Source: Bacteriovoracaceae bacterium (GTDB taxonomy: Bacteria; Bdellovibrionota; Bacteriovoracia; Bacteriovoracales; Bacteriovoracaceae). From it: 64,000 nucleotides of DNA. The stretch covers positions 2,710,146 through 2,774,145 of the forward strand of contig OZ244226.1 in the NCBI GenBank assembly GCA_965217035.1, written 5' to 3'. Both the position numbers and the translations under genes were made by a program. The notes beneath the pieces are model-generated. The model saw only the letters and a list, made by a program, of their open reading frames with translations. It was not told the DNA's origin and did no database searches. This document shows positions 1 to 9,322 of the stretch, in pieces. Each line of letters starts with the position of its first letter. Position 1 is the first letter of the stretch.

Positions 1-76
1 ACAATGGCCAATCCTATCCCTCGATTTCCACCTGTGACTAAAAGAGTTCGATCCATTTTTACTCCTGATTAGGAGG

Positions 77-733
77 TTAAGATATCATTTTTTTGAAAGG
101 TTTAAAATGGACATTGATTTCTCTTGCATAAAGACAATAGAATTCCTTTTGCTCTGAAGAAAATCCGAATTGTTTCGAGAATTGGTCATTAAAGTACTCA
201 AGAGTTGCCTTTTGAAGCTTCCAGGGTTTATGAATGACATCACCTCTATAAATTTTGTCTTTGTCATCGGTAAAAAGACTATATCTTTCTGTTAGCCATC
301 GATCAAAGGGTGTGTCTGTCTTTTCCTCTGAAATAATTGCTCTTAACTCGAGACTCTTTAGAGCATCAAAATTATACAGAGAGTTCACTTTTCCATTCAT
401 TGCTCGGACTCTATAGGGAAGATGAAAAAAACGAGTTGCAATAAACTGACCTAAGCGATGGTTGGTATCTAATGTATAAAAGTAAATTCCTTTTTGTCCT
501 TTGTATTGAACATATGTTCTTAGATTGAGTTCCCAGAGAGAAGAAAAGGGAAGAGCTGGTGTATAAGGGAAGCGGACATGAGACATATAAAATGGAACAA
601 TACTGAGATAAGCTTTTCCCTCAAAAGTATCAACCTCTAAACCCTCAGGAAGAGTTTCTTGAATTATTTGAGGTTCGACTTCGTAGTTTAGAAAAAGAAC
701 GTGAGACCATTTCTGAGCAATGATCCACTTCAT
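77..733 (-). CDS. YqjF/DUF2071 family protein
   Basis: Motifs QKWSHVLFLNYEV, LPEGLEVDTFEGKAY, ELNLRTYV, WLTERY. Start moved to ATG 733 (ATGA overlap with the upstream stop). Confidence 0.85.
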   Translation of the reverse strand: MKWIIAQKWSHVLFLNYEVEPQIIQETLPEGLEVDTFEGKAYLSIVPFYMSHVRFPYTPALPFSSLWELNLRTYVQYKGQKGIYFYTLDTNHRLGQFIATRFFHLPYRVRAMNGKVNSLYNFDALKSLELRAIISEEKTDTPFDRWLTERYSLFTDDKDKIYRGDVIHKPWKLQKATLEYFNDQFSKQFGFSSEQKEFYCLYAREINVHFKPFKKMIS

Positions 734-1206
734 AAAAGAAATTGAATTCCGAAGAATTTCCAGAAAATGCCATTCACAAAGTTCCAAAGAGGAATAAGTC
801 CTGGTTTAGCATAGAGATGAATTTTTAAACGGATACCATTCTCTTCTTTAAAAAATTCAAGGCGAGTCGGTCTGAAAAAACGAAAGCTAATAATATAAGA
901 CCCATAAAAGTATTGAAGGTCTCTATAAGTATCAGAGATTTTTCCAATCTGGCCATGGACACTGAGAAGAGGTCCGTGATGAATATTAATCTCACCTTCT
1001 TGAAAGGGACCAGACTGTTCAGGGACTGCAAATTCAACTCGAAAAGGTGGGATCTGTCCTAAAACAAAGGTTTCACGGAGCTGAAGCTTTTCCCAAGCTT
1101 TATCAATTTTATCATGAGGAATATTAAAGAAGCGCTCATAAAGATGTTCTTTCATAAATGAAGGGCATGACGATTGCGCTTTATTCATGATCTTAATATA
1201 GACCAT
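730..1206 (-). CDS. hypothetical protein
   Basis: 158-aa ORF in a same-strand operon, coupled to the YqjF gene. Start uncertain. Confidence 0.65.
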   Translation of the reverse strand: MVYIKIMNKAQSSCPSFMKEHLYERFFNIPHDKIDKAWEKLQLRETFVLGQIPPFRVEFAVPEQSGPFQEGEINIHHGPLLSVHGQIGKISDTYRDLQYFYGSYIISFRFFRPTRLEFFKEENGIRLKIHLYAKPGLIPLWNFVNGIFWKFFGIQFLL

Positions 1207-1239
1207 ATCGAAAAAAGTAAAAGCAGGTTCATTCTGTGT

Positions 1240-1596
1240 CTAAGAGTCTTTAAGCTTCCAGGCCCAATAAATAAAGACAGACTGAAAAGCTGTCCGCCCC
1301 CATAAAAGAATAGGTGATGAAATTCCAAACATTTTGATTTGATTGAGAGAGACATGGATATGAGCTGGAATGATGGCCACAAAGTAAAGAGCTAGAATCC
1401 TTGAAGAGAGACTTCTATATTTTTTAACCATTAATCCGATAGCGAGAACGATTTCAACGATTCCTGTGAAGTAGACAATGGGCTGATGGTACGGGATATA
1501 AGGTGGCATCGCGATAAGGAAAAGTCCGGGATAAATAAAGTGAAAAATCCCAGCGATAAGTAAAATAATGATCATTAAAGTTCTGAGAATCTTCAT
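1240..1596 (-). CDS. DoxX-like membrane protein
   Basis: AGIFHF, MPPYIP, TGIVEI, PAHIH pattern with about 4 TM segments. Confidence 0.8.
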   Translation of the reverse strand: MKILRTLMIIILLIAGIFHFIYPGLFLIAMPPYIPYHQPIVYFTGIVEIVLAIGLMVKKYRSLSSRILALYFVAIIPAHIHVSLNQIKMFGISSPILLWGRTAFQSVFIYWAWKLKDS

Positions 1597-1811
1597 TAGA
1601 ACTTCCGAAAAAGATAATTAATTAAAGAGAGTAATCCACTAACTAGGATGCAACTTGTAATCGGAATATAGATAACTCCGTTATTTGTTTTGTATTTAAT
1701 ATCTCCAGGAAGTTTTCCTAGGGGGATGTTTCCATCTGTAAAATGCCAGACAACTCCTAGGGAGAGAAAGAGAATCCCTAAAGCTATGAAGAGTTTTGTT
1801 AAAGAATTCAT
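1596..1811 (-). CDS. DUF2905 family small membrane protein
   Basis: LGKLPGDI...YIPITSCILVS signature, 2 TM segments. Confidence 0.85.
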   Translation of the reverse strand: MNSLTKLFIALGILFLSLGVVWHFTDGNIPLGKLPGDIKYKTNNGVIYIPITSCILVSGLLSLINYLFRKF

Positions 1812-1812
1812 T

Positions 1813-2238
1813 TTATCGAGGGATAAGAACGAGCGGATTGCGACTTAGCTCTACTACGATAGCTCCTTCGATAGTTCGAAGGAGCATGTCATCTGCCCTT
1901 GTATTATATTCTGGAAAATGAACATCTGTTGCCAAGCAACCTCCGCTGGAATTCTCGAGTGAGAAGTCGATCATAAATGGCATATTATCTTCAGAATATA
2001 AAATTTGATAACGATTGCTATCAAATTGAGAAATATAGGCCCTCGTTGGCTTAAACTTCTCTAATAAAAGATTGAGATAATCATTACTAAGGTCTTCAAA
2101 TGTTTGATCATGTTTGAATTGCTCATAACCTCTGGCTTGAGAAGTATTAATAATGTTACGAACTTCACGACAATCACTCGCCTCAGCTTTTAGCATGATG
2201 GCACTTATAAGCACGATACAGAATACGAGAAACTTCAT
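1813..2238 (-). CDS. secreted hypothetical protein
   Basis: N-terminal signal peptide, 141 aa. Confidence 0.65.
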   Translation of the reverse strand: MKFLVFCIVLISAIMLKAEASDCREVRNIINTSQARGYEQFKHDQTFEDLSNDYLNLLLEKFKPTRAYISQFDSNRYQILYSEDNMPFMIDFSLENSSGGCLATDVHFPEYNTRADDMLLRTIEGAIVVELSRNPLVLIPR

Positions 2239-2415
2239 ACCTTTCTTATCCTTGTTCGAATCAACGCAGCCTTTTTAGCACGCCGCAGAAAAAAAGTCGA
2301 TAGTTTTGAAATAATTACAACCTGAGAAAGCTTAATTGGTCTATATTTCAAGCTAAGATAGTTTGAAGCACTCGAAAATACTGGTTTTTTTATCTCTTCT
2401 TTGGTTAGACCCCCG

Positions 2416-4146
2416 CTAGTCTACCAGAACATTTAAACTCTTAAATCTTTTACGTAAAATTTCGGAATCAACCCATTTCGATTGAGCCGTTGCTGAATCT
2501 CTTTGAAGGAGCATACATTTTTGTTGTTCTTTATCGTATTTTATTCCTACGATAGTGTTTGAGTGATTTTGAGTATCGTGCCCAATCGCTCGGTTCTTAA
2601 GAAGATTGTCTAAAATAATTTTTTCGAATAAAGACTTTTTTGCTTCTTCTGGTATGTTTGAAAAATGCATGATTGTTGAGCTAATAGGAATACACCTTGA
2701 TTCTAGCTTTAAGGCTTTCTTATTTTCCTTGCAGCTAGGAAGAAAGATTTCTTCAATAATTCTTTCAGGGTTAATTTCATTCTTGTTAGCGGTAAGAATT
2801 CTTCTTGCTGTTTCTGGCTTTAAAATATTTATAATCGATTCGAAATCAAGAAGGAGATCAGAAAAAGCTTCAAATTGATAGGCAGAGCATTTTGAGAGTA
2901 AGTCTTTATTCTTGTTGTCCATTATATTTCCGACTTGATCATAGAATTTTAAGGCCTTTCGATTTTTTTCAATAAAGATCTCATTGTTTGAGTGTTCTTT
3001 AATCCATCTTTCGAAAGCAACAAAAGTAAAGGGAGATTCAGCACCTTCTGGAATTAATGGAGAAACATCTTCCATGAAGTCTTGATATAACTCTCTTGCT
3101 TTCTCGAGAGAGTTTTCTTGAGTAAGAAATCTACGAACCTTCCATTCTAGTTGAGCTCTTTTATTTCGGAGAGTTGATTCTTCATACTTTCCAAGATCCG
3201 CAAACTCTGAGATCCAAGTAATATTTGGAAAAGATGTTGAAAAGGGAGGAAGACTTGCCGAGTTTTTAGGGTAGCTTTTGATCAGGTCAAAATATTTATC
3301 TGGCTGACTTTTAAAGTGTTTGATGAATGATTTCTCAGCATAACTTAAATGAACGGTATAAAAGGGATGATCATATTTAGAATAGCTTCCAAGAAATCTC
3401 TCAAGAACTTCATAGGGTTGTTTCGCGACATCTTCAAGTTTTTCAATGAGTTCAGAACTTTTAGCTGATTGCAGTTTCTCTAAAGATCCGTTATGAAGAT
3501 CATAATAGTCTTTTAATAATTCTTCGTTATTTTTATCATGAGTGATGAGATCAATAAAAGGAGGAATTTCACCATTCTCCATGGGGGAGTAAGATTTTTC
3601 ACAATAACCTTCTTCTCGAGTTGCCTTAATGGCATCACAAGAGAATCCTCCTGCGATTCCATTAAAAGGTTGGTCCGTCGTCTTTTTAAAATTTCTCGCT
3701 ATATCAAAAGCTGATGGATCAATTTTTCCACTACTTACAGATAAAAGCATATTTCTTGCAACTTGAGCAAAACAAGTATTAAGACCATCTTGATGATCTT
3801 GAGCAATACCATGAAGAGATCCTTTTTTCTTAGAATCTTTGTATAAGATTTCGCTTTCAAGATTTATCTCAGGCATGTTTTCATTACATTTAGAAAAGTT
3901 TAACTTTTCTGGGTCAATACTATTGGTATATTTTAAAGCGGCAATGATATTTGATTCTTTTCTTTCAGGGAGAATATTAAGTAAGGGACCTTGGATAATA
4001 CCTTTTGATTTAATAAATTTTTGTTCTTTATCTCTTCTTTGATAAATTCTCTTTTTTTCCTCAGGAGTTCGATCACTGCGATTATTCTGAGCATTCAGTG
4101 TGATAAATTGAGTGAAAAGAAAAAAGAAGATGAGAATTCTTTTCAT
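2416..4146 (-). CDS. secreted papain-like (clan CA) cysteine protease with a large insertion
   Basis: Signal peptide; DHQDGLNTCFA (oxyanion Gln and catalytic Cys); GGFSCDAI; C-terminal HSNTIVG (His) and QRDS. Confidence 0.6.
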   Translation of the reverse strand: MKRILIFFFLFTQFITLNAQNNRSDRTPEEKKRIYQRRDKEQKFIKSKGIIQGPLLNILPERKESNIIAALKYTNSIDPEKLNFSKCNENMPEINLESEILYKDSKKKGSLHGIAQDHQDGLNTCFAQVARNMLLSVSSGKIDPSAFDIARNFKKTTDQPFNGIAGGFSCDAIKATREEGYCEKSYSPMENGEIPPFIDLITHDKNNEELLKDYYDLHNGSLEKLQSAKSSELIEKLEDVAKQPYEVLERFLGSYSKYDHPFYTVHLSYAEKSFIKHFKSQPDKYFDLIKSYPKNSASLPPFSTSFPNITWISEFADLGKYEESTLRNKRAQLEWKVRRFLTQENSLEKARELYQDFMEDVSPLIPEGAESPFTFVAFERWIKEHSNNEIFIEKNRKALKFYDQVGNIMDNKNKDLLSKCSAYQFEAFSDLLLDFESIINILKPETARRILTANKNEINPERIIEEIFLPSCKENKKALKLESRCIPISSTIMHFSNIPEEAKKSLFEKIILDNLLKNRAIGHDTQNHSNTIVGIKYDKEQQKCMLLQRDSATAQSKWVDSEILRKRFKSLNVLVD

Positions 4147-4496
4147 TGATCAAGTCTCCTTGTTAGGGAGTCAAGATCAACGATACTTTGATCTTCAAAT
4201 AAACAAAGAGCAACTTGATTTTTGTTTTCACGAATGCCGATGACACTGACACCTTTCCAATAGTCCCGACAAAGAATAGAACCTTTCGAGGTTTTAAATT
4301 TTCGTTTATTTTTAAGTTTAAAAGGCTTTCTTAAAAACTGATCGACATTCTTTTTTGCACGACAATCTTTTTTACATTTTGAAGAATAAGCAATTCCTTT
4401 TTCTTGATGGAATTCAAAGTTTCTTCCCAGCAACTTGATGGTTTCTGAATGAGCATAAGAAAGTGTAAGAACATATATTAATAATGACAGCTTCAC
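4143..4496 (-). CDS. small secreted Cys-containing protein (possibly DUF333-like)
   Basis: Signal peptide; GSILC...G...ALCLFEDQS; ATGA-coupled to the protease gene. Confidence 0.5.
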   Translation of the reverse strand: MKLSLLIYVLTLSYAHSETIKLLGRNFEFHQEKGIAYSSKCKKDCRAKKNVDQFLRKPFKLKNKRKFKTSKGSILCRDYWKGVSVIGIRENKNQVALCLFEDQSIVDLDSLTRRLDQ

Positions 4497-4552
4497 AGTA
4501 GCCTGATCGGCTAAATGCTTGAAAAACTGTGGTGGCTGAGTCTAGGACTCGG

Positions 4553-6373
4553 CTATAAACCGAATCCTAGTGGGTACTTCCAATTAACGTTCTTAGAGCG
4601 GTAATCAAAATCGACTTGAGACTTATTCGCTGGCCATGAGAAAGGGAGTTTACCAGTGAATTTTTCACCAAGAAGAAGATCAGCAATGGCCGATCCCATC
4701 GTTCCTGGGAGCCAATAGGAGATGATATTATCGACTTTATCAAGCTCCTTAGGGAAGAGCATAGGTCTTCCGTTAAGAAGAATGGCCGTAACAGGAACTC
4801 CGAATGTCAGTGCTTTTTTAAGAAGGTTGACTTGGCTTGGGTGAAAGACTGGTCCTGTCGTCTCAGGCATATCTCCCTTACCTTCTGCATAAGGTTTTTC
4901 ACCAATGACAACAATAACTTTAGTAGGCTTGAGTCTTGAATTACCAGTTTTGCTGTATCCGATTTTGAATCCAACTTTTTGAGCTTTAGCTTTAATCCCT
5001 GAATAAATTGATTCACTTCCTGGGATATTATAAGTCACACCTTGCCATGCAAGTGACCAACCACCGGCTTGATAACCTGTGTTTTTTGCCATCTCTCCAA
5101 CAACAAGGACACTATCTTCAGCTGTAATAAAGTCAGACTCTTTCTTCAAAAGAACTGCTGACTTTTTAGCAGCGACGTAAGCAACTTTTTTATGTTCTTT
5201 CGATCCAAATCTTGCTTTGTATTTATTGTAAACAGTAAGTGGAAGAGGTTTTTTCCCAATTTTTGCAATCTTTTTAAGTCTAAGAAGTCTATAAACAGCT
5301 TCATCTAATCTTTTTGGATTAAGTGAAGGTTTTACTCCATTTGCGTGATTTTTAAGAAGAACTTGTGAAAGATTAATGAACTTCTTCCAATTCTCTGGAA
5401 CCATAAAAACATCAATTCCTGCATCGAAGGCTTTTGCAATTTGATACATGTATTTTTGATCGGGGTTAAGACCTCCTGGTGTTTTGATTTGGTCAATTCC
5501 ATTCCAATCAGTAACGACAACACCATCAAAGCCAAGTTCATCTCTAAGAACTTCCTGAATAAGGTATTTATGACCGTGAAGTTTCACTCCATTCCAACTA
5601 TTAAAAGAAACCATTACAGTTTGAACACCGTTTTTCATAAGAGAGAGGTAAGGAGCGAGGTGCATTTTCCTGAGTTCTTCTTCAGAAAGTTGAGTATTTC
5701 CTTGATCGATTCCTTTTGTTGTTCCACCATCTCCAATCCAGTGTTTGGCTGTTCCTATGATTCTAAATCCACCAGGAAGTTCTGTTTGAAGACCCTTTAG
5801 ATAAGCTGTTGCATAACGAGTTACGAAGTCTGTTTTTTCAGAGAAGCTTTCATAAGTTCTTCCCCAATTTTCATTTCTTGCAACGGCTACAGTTGGAGCA
5901 AAGTTCCAATCGATCCCTGTAATAAAAACTTCCCAAGCTGTTATTTCACCAATTTTTTTGACGACATCAAGGTCTCTTGTTGCGCCAAGACCAATATTAT
6001 GAGGGAAGAGAGTTGCTCCTGTGACATTATTATGACCGTGAACAGCATCGATTGCGAAAATAAGAGGTATTTTAGTCTCTGATTTTAGAGCAGCAAGTTT
6101 GTAAGTCTGAACCATTTTAGTCCAGGCGTCAGGTCCATTTCCTTTCAGACCTCCGTTATCAGCGTCATCATTGAGAAGTCCTCCACCTTTGAGGATAGAG
6201 CCAATATTGTACTTTGTAACCTCAGCAGGCTTAATCCATCGAATATCAGGTTGAGTCACCTGTCCTAGTTTCTGCTGAACTGTGAGGTTTCTCACATATC
6301 TTTTGAGTCGATCATTTGAAGCACAATTAGTAGAGATTAACAGAACAAAACTTAGGTAGAAGAGATTCTTCAC
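4553..6373 (-). CDS. GH3 beta-glucosidase
   Basis: IDAVHGHNN, FPHNIGLGA, WGRTYESF, AKHWIGDGG, VTDW nucleophile, GEKPYAEG acid/base. Confidence 0.95.
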   Translation of the reverse strand: MKNLFYLSFVLLISTNCASNDRLKRYVRNLTVQQKLGQVTQPDIRWIKPAEVTKYNIGSILKGGGLLNDDADNGGLKGNGPDAWTKMVQTYKLAALKSETKIPLIFAIDAVHGHNNVTGATLFPHNIGLGATRDLDVVKKIGEITAWEVFITGIDWNFAPTVAVARNENWGRTYESFSEKTDFVTRYATAYLKGLQTELPGGFRIIGTAKHWIGDGGTTKGIDQGNTQLSEEELRKMHLAPYLSLMKNGVQTVMVSFNSWNGVKLHGHKYLIQEVLRDELGFDGVVVTDWNGIDQIKTPGGLNPDQKYMYQIAKAFDAGIDVFMVPENWKKFINLSQVLLKNHANGVKPSLNPKRLDEAVYRLLRLKKIAKIGKKPLPLTVYNKYKARFGSKEHKKVAYVAAKKSAVLLKKESDFITAEDSVLVVGEMAKNTGYQAGGWSLAWQGVTYNIPGSESIYSGIKAKAQKVGFKIGYSKTGNSRLKPTKVIVVIGEKPYAEGKGDMPETTGPVFHPSQVNLLKKALTFGVPVTAILLNGRPMLFPKELDKVDNIISYWLPGTMGSAIADLLLGEKFTGKLPFSWPANKSQVDFDYRSKNVNWKYPLGFGL

Positions 6374-6578
6374 ACGGACATCCTTGGGAAATTATTAATA
6401 AAAACCTGGAAAGTTTTACCAGAAACGACATCATTACTAAAGTGTCTTTTCAAAAAACTGCTTACGGTGCATTGCAAGAGCCTTTTAGAGTCTTGATTGA
6501 TCAGAATTTAGTCAATTTTCAATAAGATTCCATCTATTTTACAGGGCCCTCCAATCAGTCCAAGATCCATTTTAGAAT

Positions 6579-7706
6579 ATGAGTATGAAGACATTAAGCC
6601 AATTCATCTTCTTAATAGGGATTCTCCTTTTATCTGAAAATATTAAGGCTAAAACGCTTATTCATTATGATTTAGTCCCTGAAGTTTCAGATAGTTTAAT
6701 TCATGTTTTCTCTAAGCAAATGAAAAGAAAAGGTTGGTATGACTGCCGTTCTGAAGTTTACTATAAACTGAGTGAAAATCTGATGGATCATGAGCTCATA
6801 TCAAGCTTCGAAAAGACTTGGGATAAGGGTTATTTTGAAGGAGCAAGGATTAAGGAAATTCTGATTAATCCTAATAATCAAAAGCATCAATTAAAGTTAG
6901 AATATAGAGAGAAATGTTATGAAGATACGACAAGTTTTTGTATAGAAAGTTCGACCGATTCTGAAGGAAATACAACATATGAGACAAATCTTTGTACTGA
7001 TACAGAAACTCACTCTCTTAACTATAGTTGTGAAGTCACTTCATTTGATTTTAATAACAAAAAAATGAATTTCCGATGTAACTCAGATTCTTATGTTAGT
7101 TATGGAATGAAAAGATTTATGAAGAAGCTCCAAAAACCTTTTCAAGTTGATTTTTCTCTTGTTAAGAAGTTCGAAGAAGAACGTCTTTACGATTATAATT
7201 GTGATGGTGATTATTCGAGTCGGTATGAACAAGCTTTTAAAATAGATTTTCAGGGTGGACTTGATTCCTATGCAACTGAAAATGATTTCAACTTTTATGC
7301 ACAAATTGATTCAGCAAGAGTTCTTCAACGTAAGGTGGATAAGACAAGAGGTTATTTGAATTTTTCTATACTTTATTGTGGCTGGGAAGATCAAGCCATT
7401 GATTTTAAATTTGGAGCAAGCGAAGAAGATTTGTTAAGTACTGATATCTACAAAATGGAAGATGCAAGCCATATACGACTCCATATCCCAGGGCGTTTCC
7501 ATCAAGGTGAACTTGAAACAAACTTTGTCCTTAAAAGAAAGGGAAATAAGTTTAGCAATGGAATTAGAAGCTGGTTTAAAGATATTTCAGGTAAAGTTAA
7601 AATAATAGTTTCAAAATTCCAACTGAAAGAGGGGATGGAAGTTATCTTAGAAGACGGACAACTTGAGTCTCAAAAAAGTGCAGCTAAGGCCTTGGATAAA
7701 AAATAA
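6579..7706 (+). CDS. secreted hypothetical protein
   Basis: 375-aa ORF with signal peptide and several Cys. Confidence 0.7.
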   Translation: MSMKTLSQFIFLIGILLLSENIKAKTLIHYDLVPEVSDSLIHVFSKQMKRKGWYDCRSEVYYKLSENLMDHELISSFEKTWDKGYFEGARIKEILINPNNQKHQLKLEYREKCYEDTTSFCIESSTDSEGNTTYETNLCTDTETHSLNYSCEVTSFDFNNKKMNFRCNSDSYVSYGMKRFMKKLQKPFQVDFSLVKKFEEERLYDYNCDGDYSSRYEQAFKIDFQGGLDSYATENDFNFYAQIDSARVLQRKVDKTRGYLNFSILYCGWEDQAIDFKFGASEEDLLSTDIYKMEDASHIRLHIPGRFHQGELETNFVLKRKGNKFSNGIRSWFKDISGKVKIIVSKFQLKEGMEVILEDGQLESQKSAAKALDKK

Positions 7707-7886
7707 AATAATTTAAGAATCCTTCTCTTTATTACAAACATTGATCTTCATATCGTTATTGACTTCAGTCCAACCAGCAACTCAAGCGGGATTCTCTCCT
7801 GATTCTGTAAACTGGTATGGCTATATTGCTATCATTACTCTTTAAGCATAAGCGCCAAGATTAATCGAAGTATAAGAAATTATTAG

Positions 7887-7950
7887 ATACTTGCATTTTT
7901 GTGCAAATACTTCTTTGGTTCTCTTTATACTTGCATTATGATGCAAGTAT
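7887..7950. promoter_or_regulatory. two tandem 10-4-10 palindromes, probable ArsR operators
   Basis: ATACTTGCAT-tatg-ATGCAAGTAT (7927-7950, perfect, overlaps the ATG at 7949) and ATACTTGCAT-tttt-GTGCAAATAC (7887-7910). Confidence 0.8.
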
Positions 7951-8245
7951 GAAACGCAAAGATCTAGATAAATTCATCTCTCTTTTTAAGGCTCTCTCTG
8001 ATTCCAATCGACTCAACTTAGTTCATCACCTATGTGGCTGTCGCGAGGCCAGTGTAGGAGAATTGGCAAGTTGTTGCTCAATTGATCTTTCGGTAGTGAG
8101 TCGACACCTATCGAAACTGAAGGAAGAGGGAGTACTCAGTGCACAGAAAAGAGGGAAGGAAGTTTTCTATGATTTAAAAAAAGACGAACTCGTCTCTGCG
8201 CTTCGCGAGCTCGCTGATGAAATCGAAAAAGCAAATTGCTGCTAA
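7949..8245 (+). CDS. ArsR/SmtB metalloregulator with CxC, CC and C-terminal CC
   Basis: FKALSDSNRL, SVGELA, SVVSRHLSKLKEEG, KRGKEVFY. Start likely ATG 7949, not GTG 7901, because the extension is operator DNA. Confidence 0.9.
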   Translation: MKRKDLDKFISLFKALSDSNRLNLVHHLCGCREASVGELASCCSIDLSVVSRHLSKLKEEGVLSAQKRGKEVFYDLKKDELVSALRELADEIEKANCC

Positions 8246-8255
8246 AGGAGAAATC

Positions 8256-8300
8256 ATGAGCAATGAAAAAAAATGTGGCTGCGGCTGCGGTTGTTGTTAA
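8256..8300 (+). CDS. 14-aa Cys-rich peptide MSNEKKCGCGCGCC, putative metal(loid) chelator
   Basis: AGGAG 5 nt before the ATG, 10 nt after the ArsR stop, followed by a terminator. Below the ORF-track size cutoff. Confidence 0.7.
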   Translation: MSNEKKCGCGCGCC

Positions 8301-8308
8301 ATTAAGCT

Positions 8309-8331
8309 GGGGGGAGGGAAACTCCCCCTTT
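8309..8331 (+). terminator. intrinsic terminator hairpin
   Basis: GGGGGAG-ggaaa-CTCCCCC-TTT between the convergent peptide and TfoX genes. Confidence 0.7.
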
Positions 8332-8335
8332 CGAA

Positions 8336-8629
8336 TCATTCTTTTGAAGTTCGAAGCTTTTTAGTGAATGCCTTAAACTCTTTTTTCTTCCTTTCAGGGA
8401 TATCCTGCCAGTCAATATTTTTCTGGGCACCGTAAATGGCATAAAGATACATGGCATTCACGCACTTCACACTTTTACCAAGACTGAGCCTTCCTTCTAG
8501 CATCTTCATAAAAGCTTTCTCTGGAGTGAGTTTATTTAATTGATCAGCATGATAGATTCCAATAGCATTAAAATCTTCTTCAGACTGAGGTCCAAGGTTT
8601 TTCATTTCAGATATTTTTTTCTTTTTCAT
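8336..8629 (-). CDS. TfoX/Sxy C-terminal domain protein
   Basis: MKNLGPQSE...IGI...YLYAIYGA...W pattern. Confidence 0.85.
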   Translation of the reverse strand: MKKKKISEMKNLGPQSEEDFNAIGIYHADQLNKLTPEKAFMKMLEGRLSLGKSVKCVNAMYLYAIYGAQKNIDWQDIPERKKKEFKAFTKKLRTSKE

Positions 8630-8921
8630 TTCTTAAATAAATATAGCTCAAAATATTTAGAGAACGAAGTTAATATTCACTTAAGTTCTTAGAAATAGCT
8701 TCGTGAATGAATTCTCTTTTTTTCAATTCTGCCTTATGCCAGCGCCGGTACCGGTGAAGGAGGTGGAGGATCTTTCTCTGAAGCTCAATTTGTGAGGCTC
8801 GCACTGAACATCGCTAAACTTTTAAAAATCGAAAATAATTAGGAGGTACTTAGGTGTGTCTCCTTGGTCGCTTTATTGTTTTTCTCCTAAACAAAATATG
8901 CTATCCTAATTTCTACTCAGT

Positions 8922-9291
8922 GGGGGTGCCCTGGTTTCGACGGGGATCACGACGAATTGAGTGCGTGTCGGGGTTGGTCTCTTGGCCCCGTTATCAAGGA
9001 GACCAAACTATAATTGGTGAAAATCAATTTGCTATGGCTGCCTAGTCTAAGACTATCGCACTATTGAGGGGCCTACACCAATAACAACAAGTAGGTAAAG
9101 TTAGTTGGGAGTCTAACGGAAAATAAAATTCTCCGGAGAGTTGTCGGGAAGACTCCGTAACATAACACCGAGGTTTGGCAGCATTTTACAAAAAGTTGTA
9201 AGCCGGTTCCAGGGCCTATTGGAACTACACACGTAGATCTCTCTCTCTGAAAGGTTTCCGGACGCGAGTTCGATTCTCGCCACCTCCACCA
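8922..9291 (+). ncRNA. ssrA: tmRNA; tag reading frame GENQFAMAA* at 9016-9045
   Basis: 5' GGGGGTG pairs with 3' CACCTCC-ACCA, including the G3.U alanine identity pair; GGTTTCGAC near the 5' end; T-arm GCGAG-TTCGATT-CTCGC; tag ends in AA-stop. Confidence 0.97.
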
Positions 9292-9322
9292 ACCCCACTT
9301 CCGAGTAAGTCCGACAATGTTC

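Noticed and set aside
7901..7948. GTG-start N-terminal extension of ArsR
   Set aside because: It spans the operator and promoter palindromes, and the ArsR-like sequence begins at ATG 7949.
8703..8842. Possible secreted-protein stub (YASAGTGEGGGGSFSEAQF)
   Set aside because: No in-frame start and too short to call. At most a remnant.
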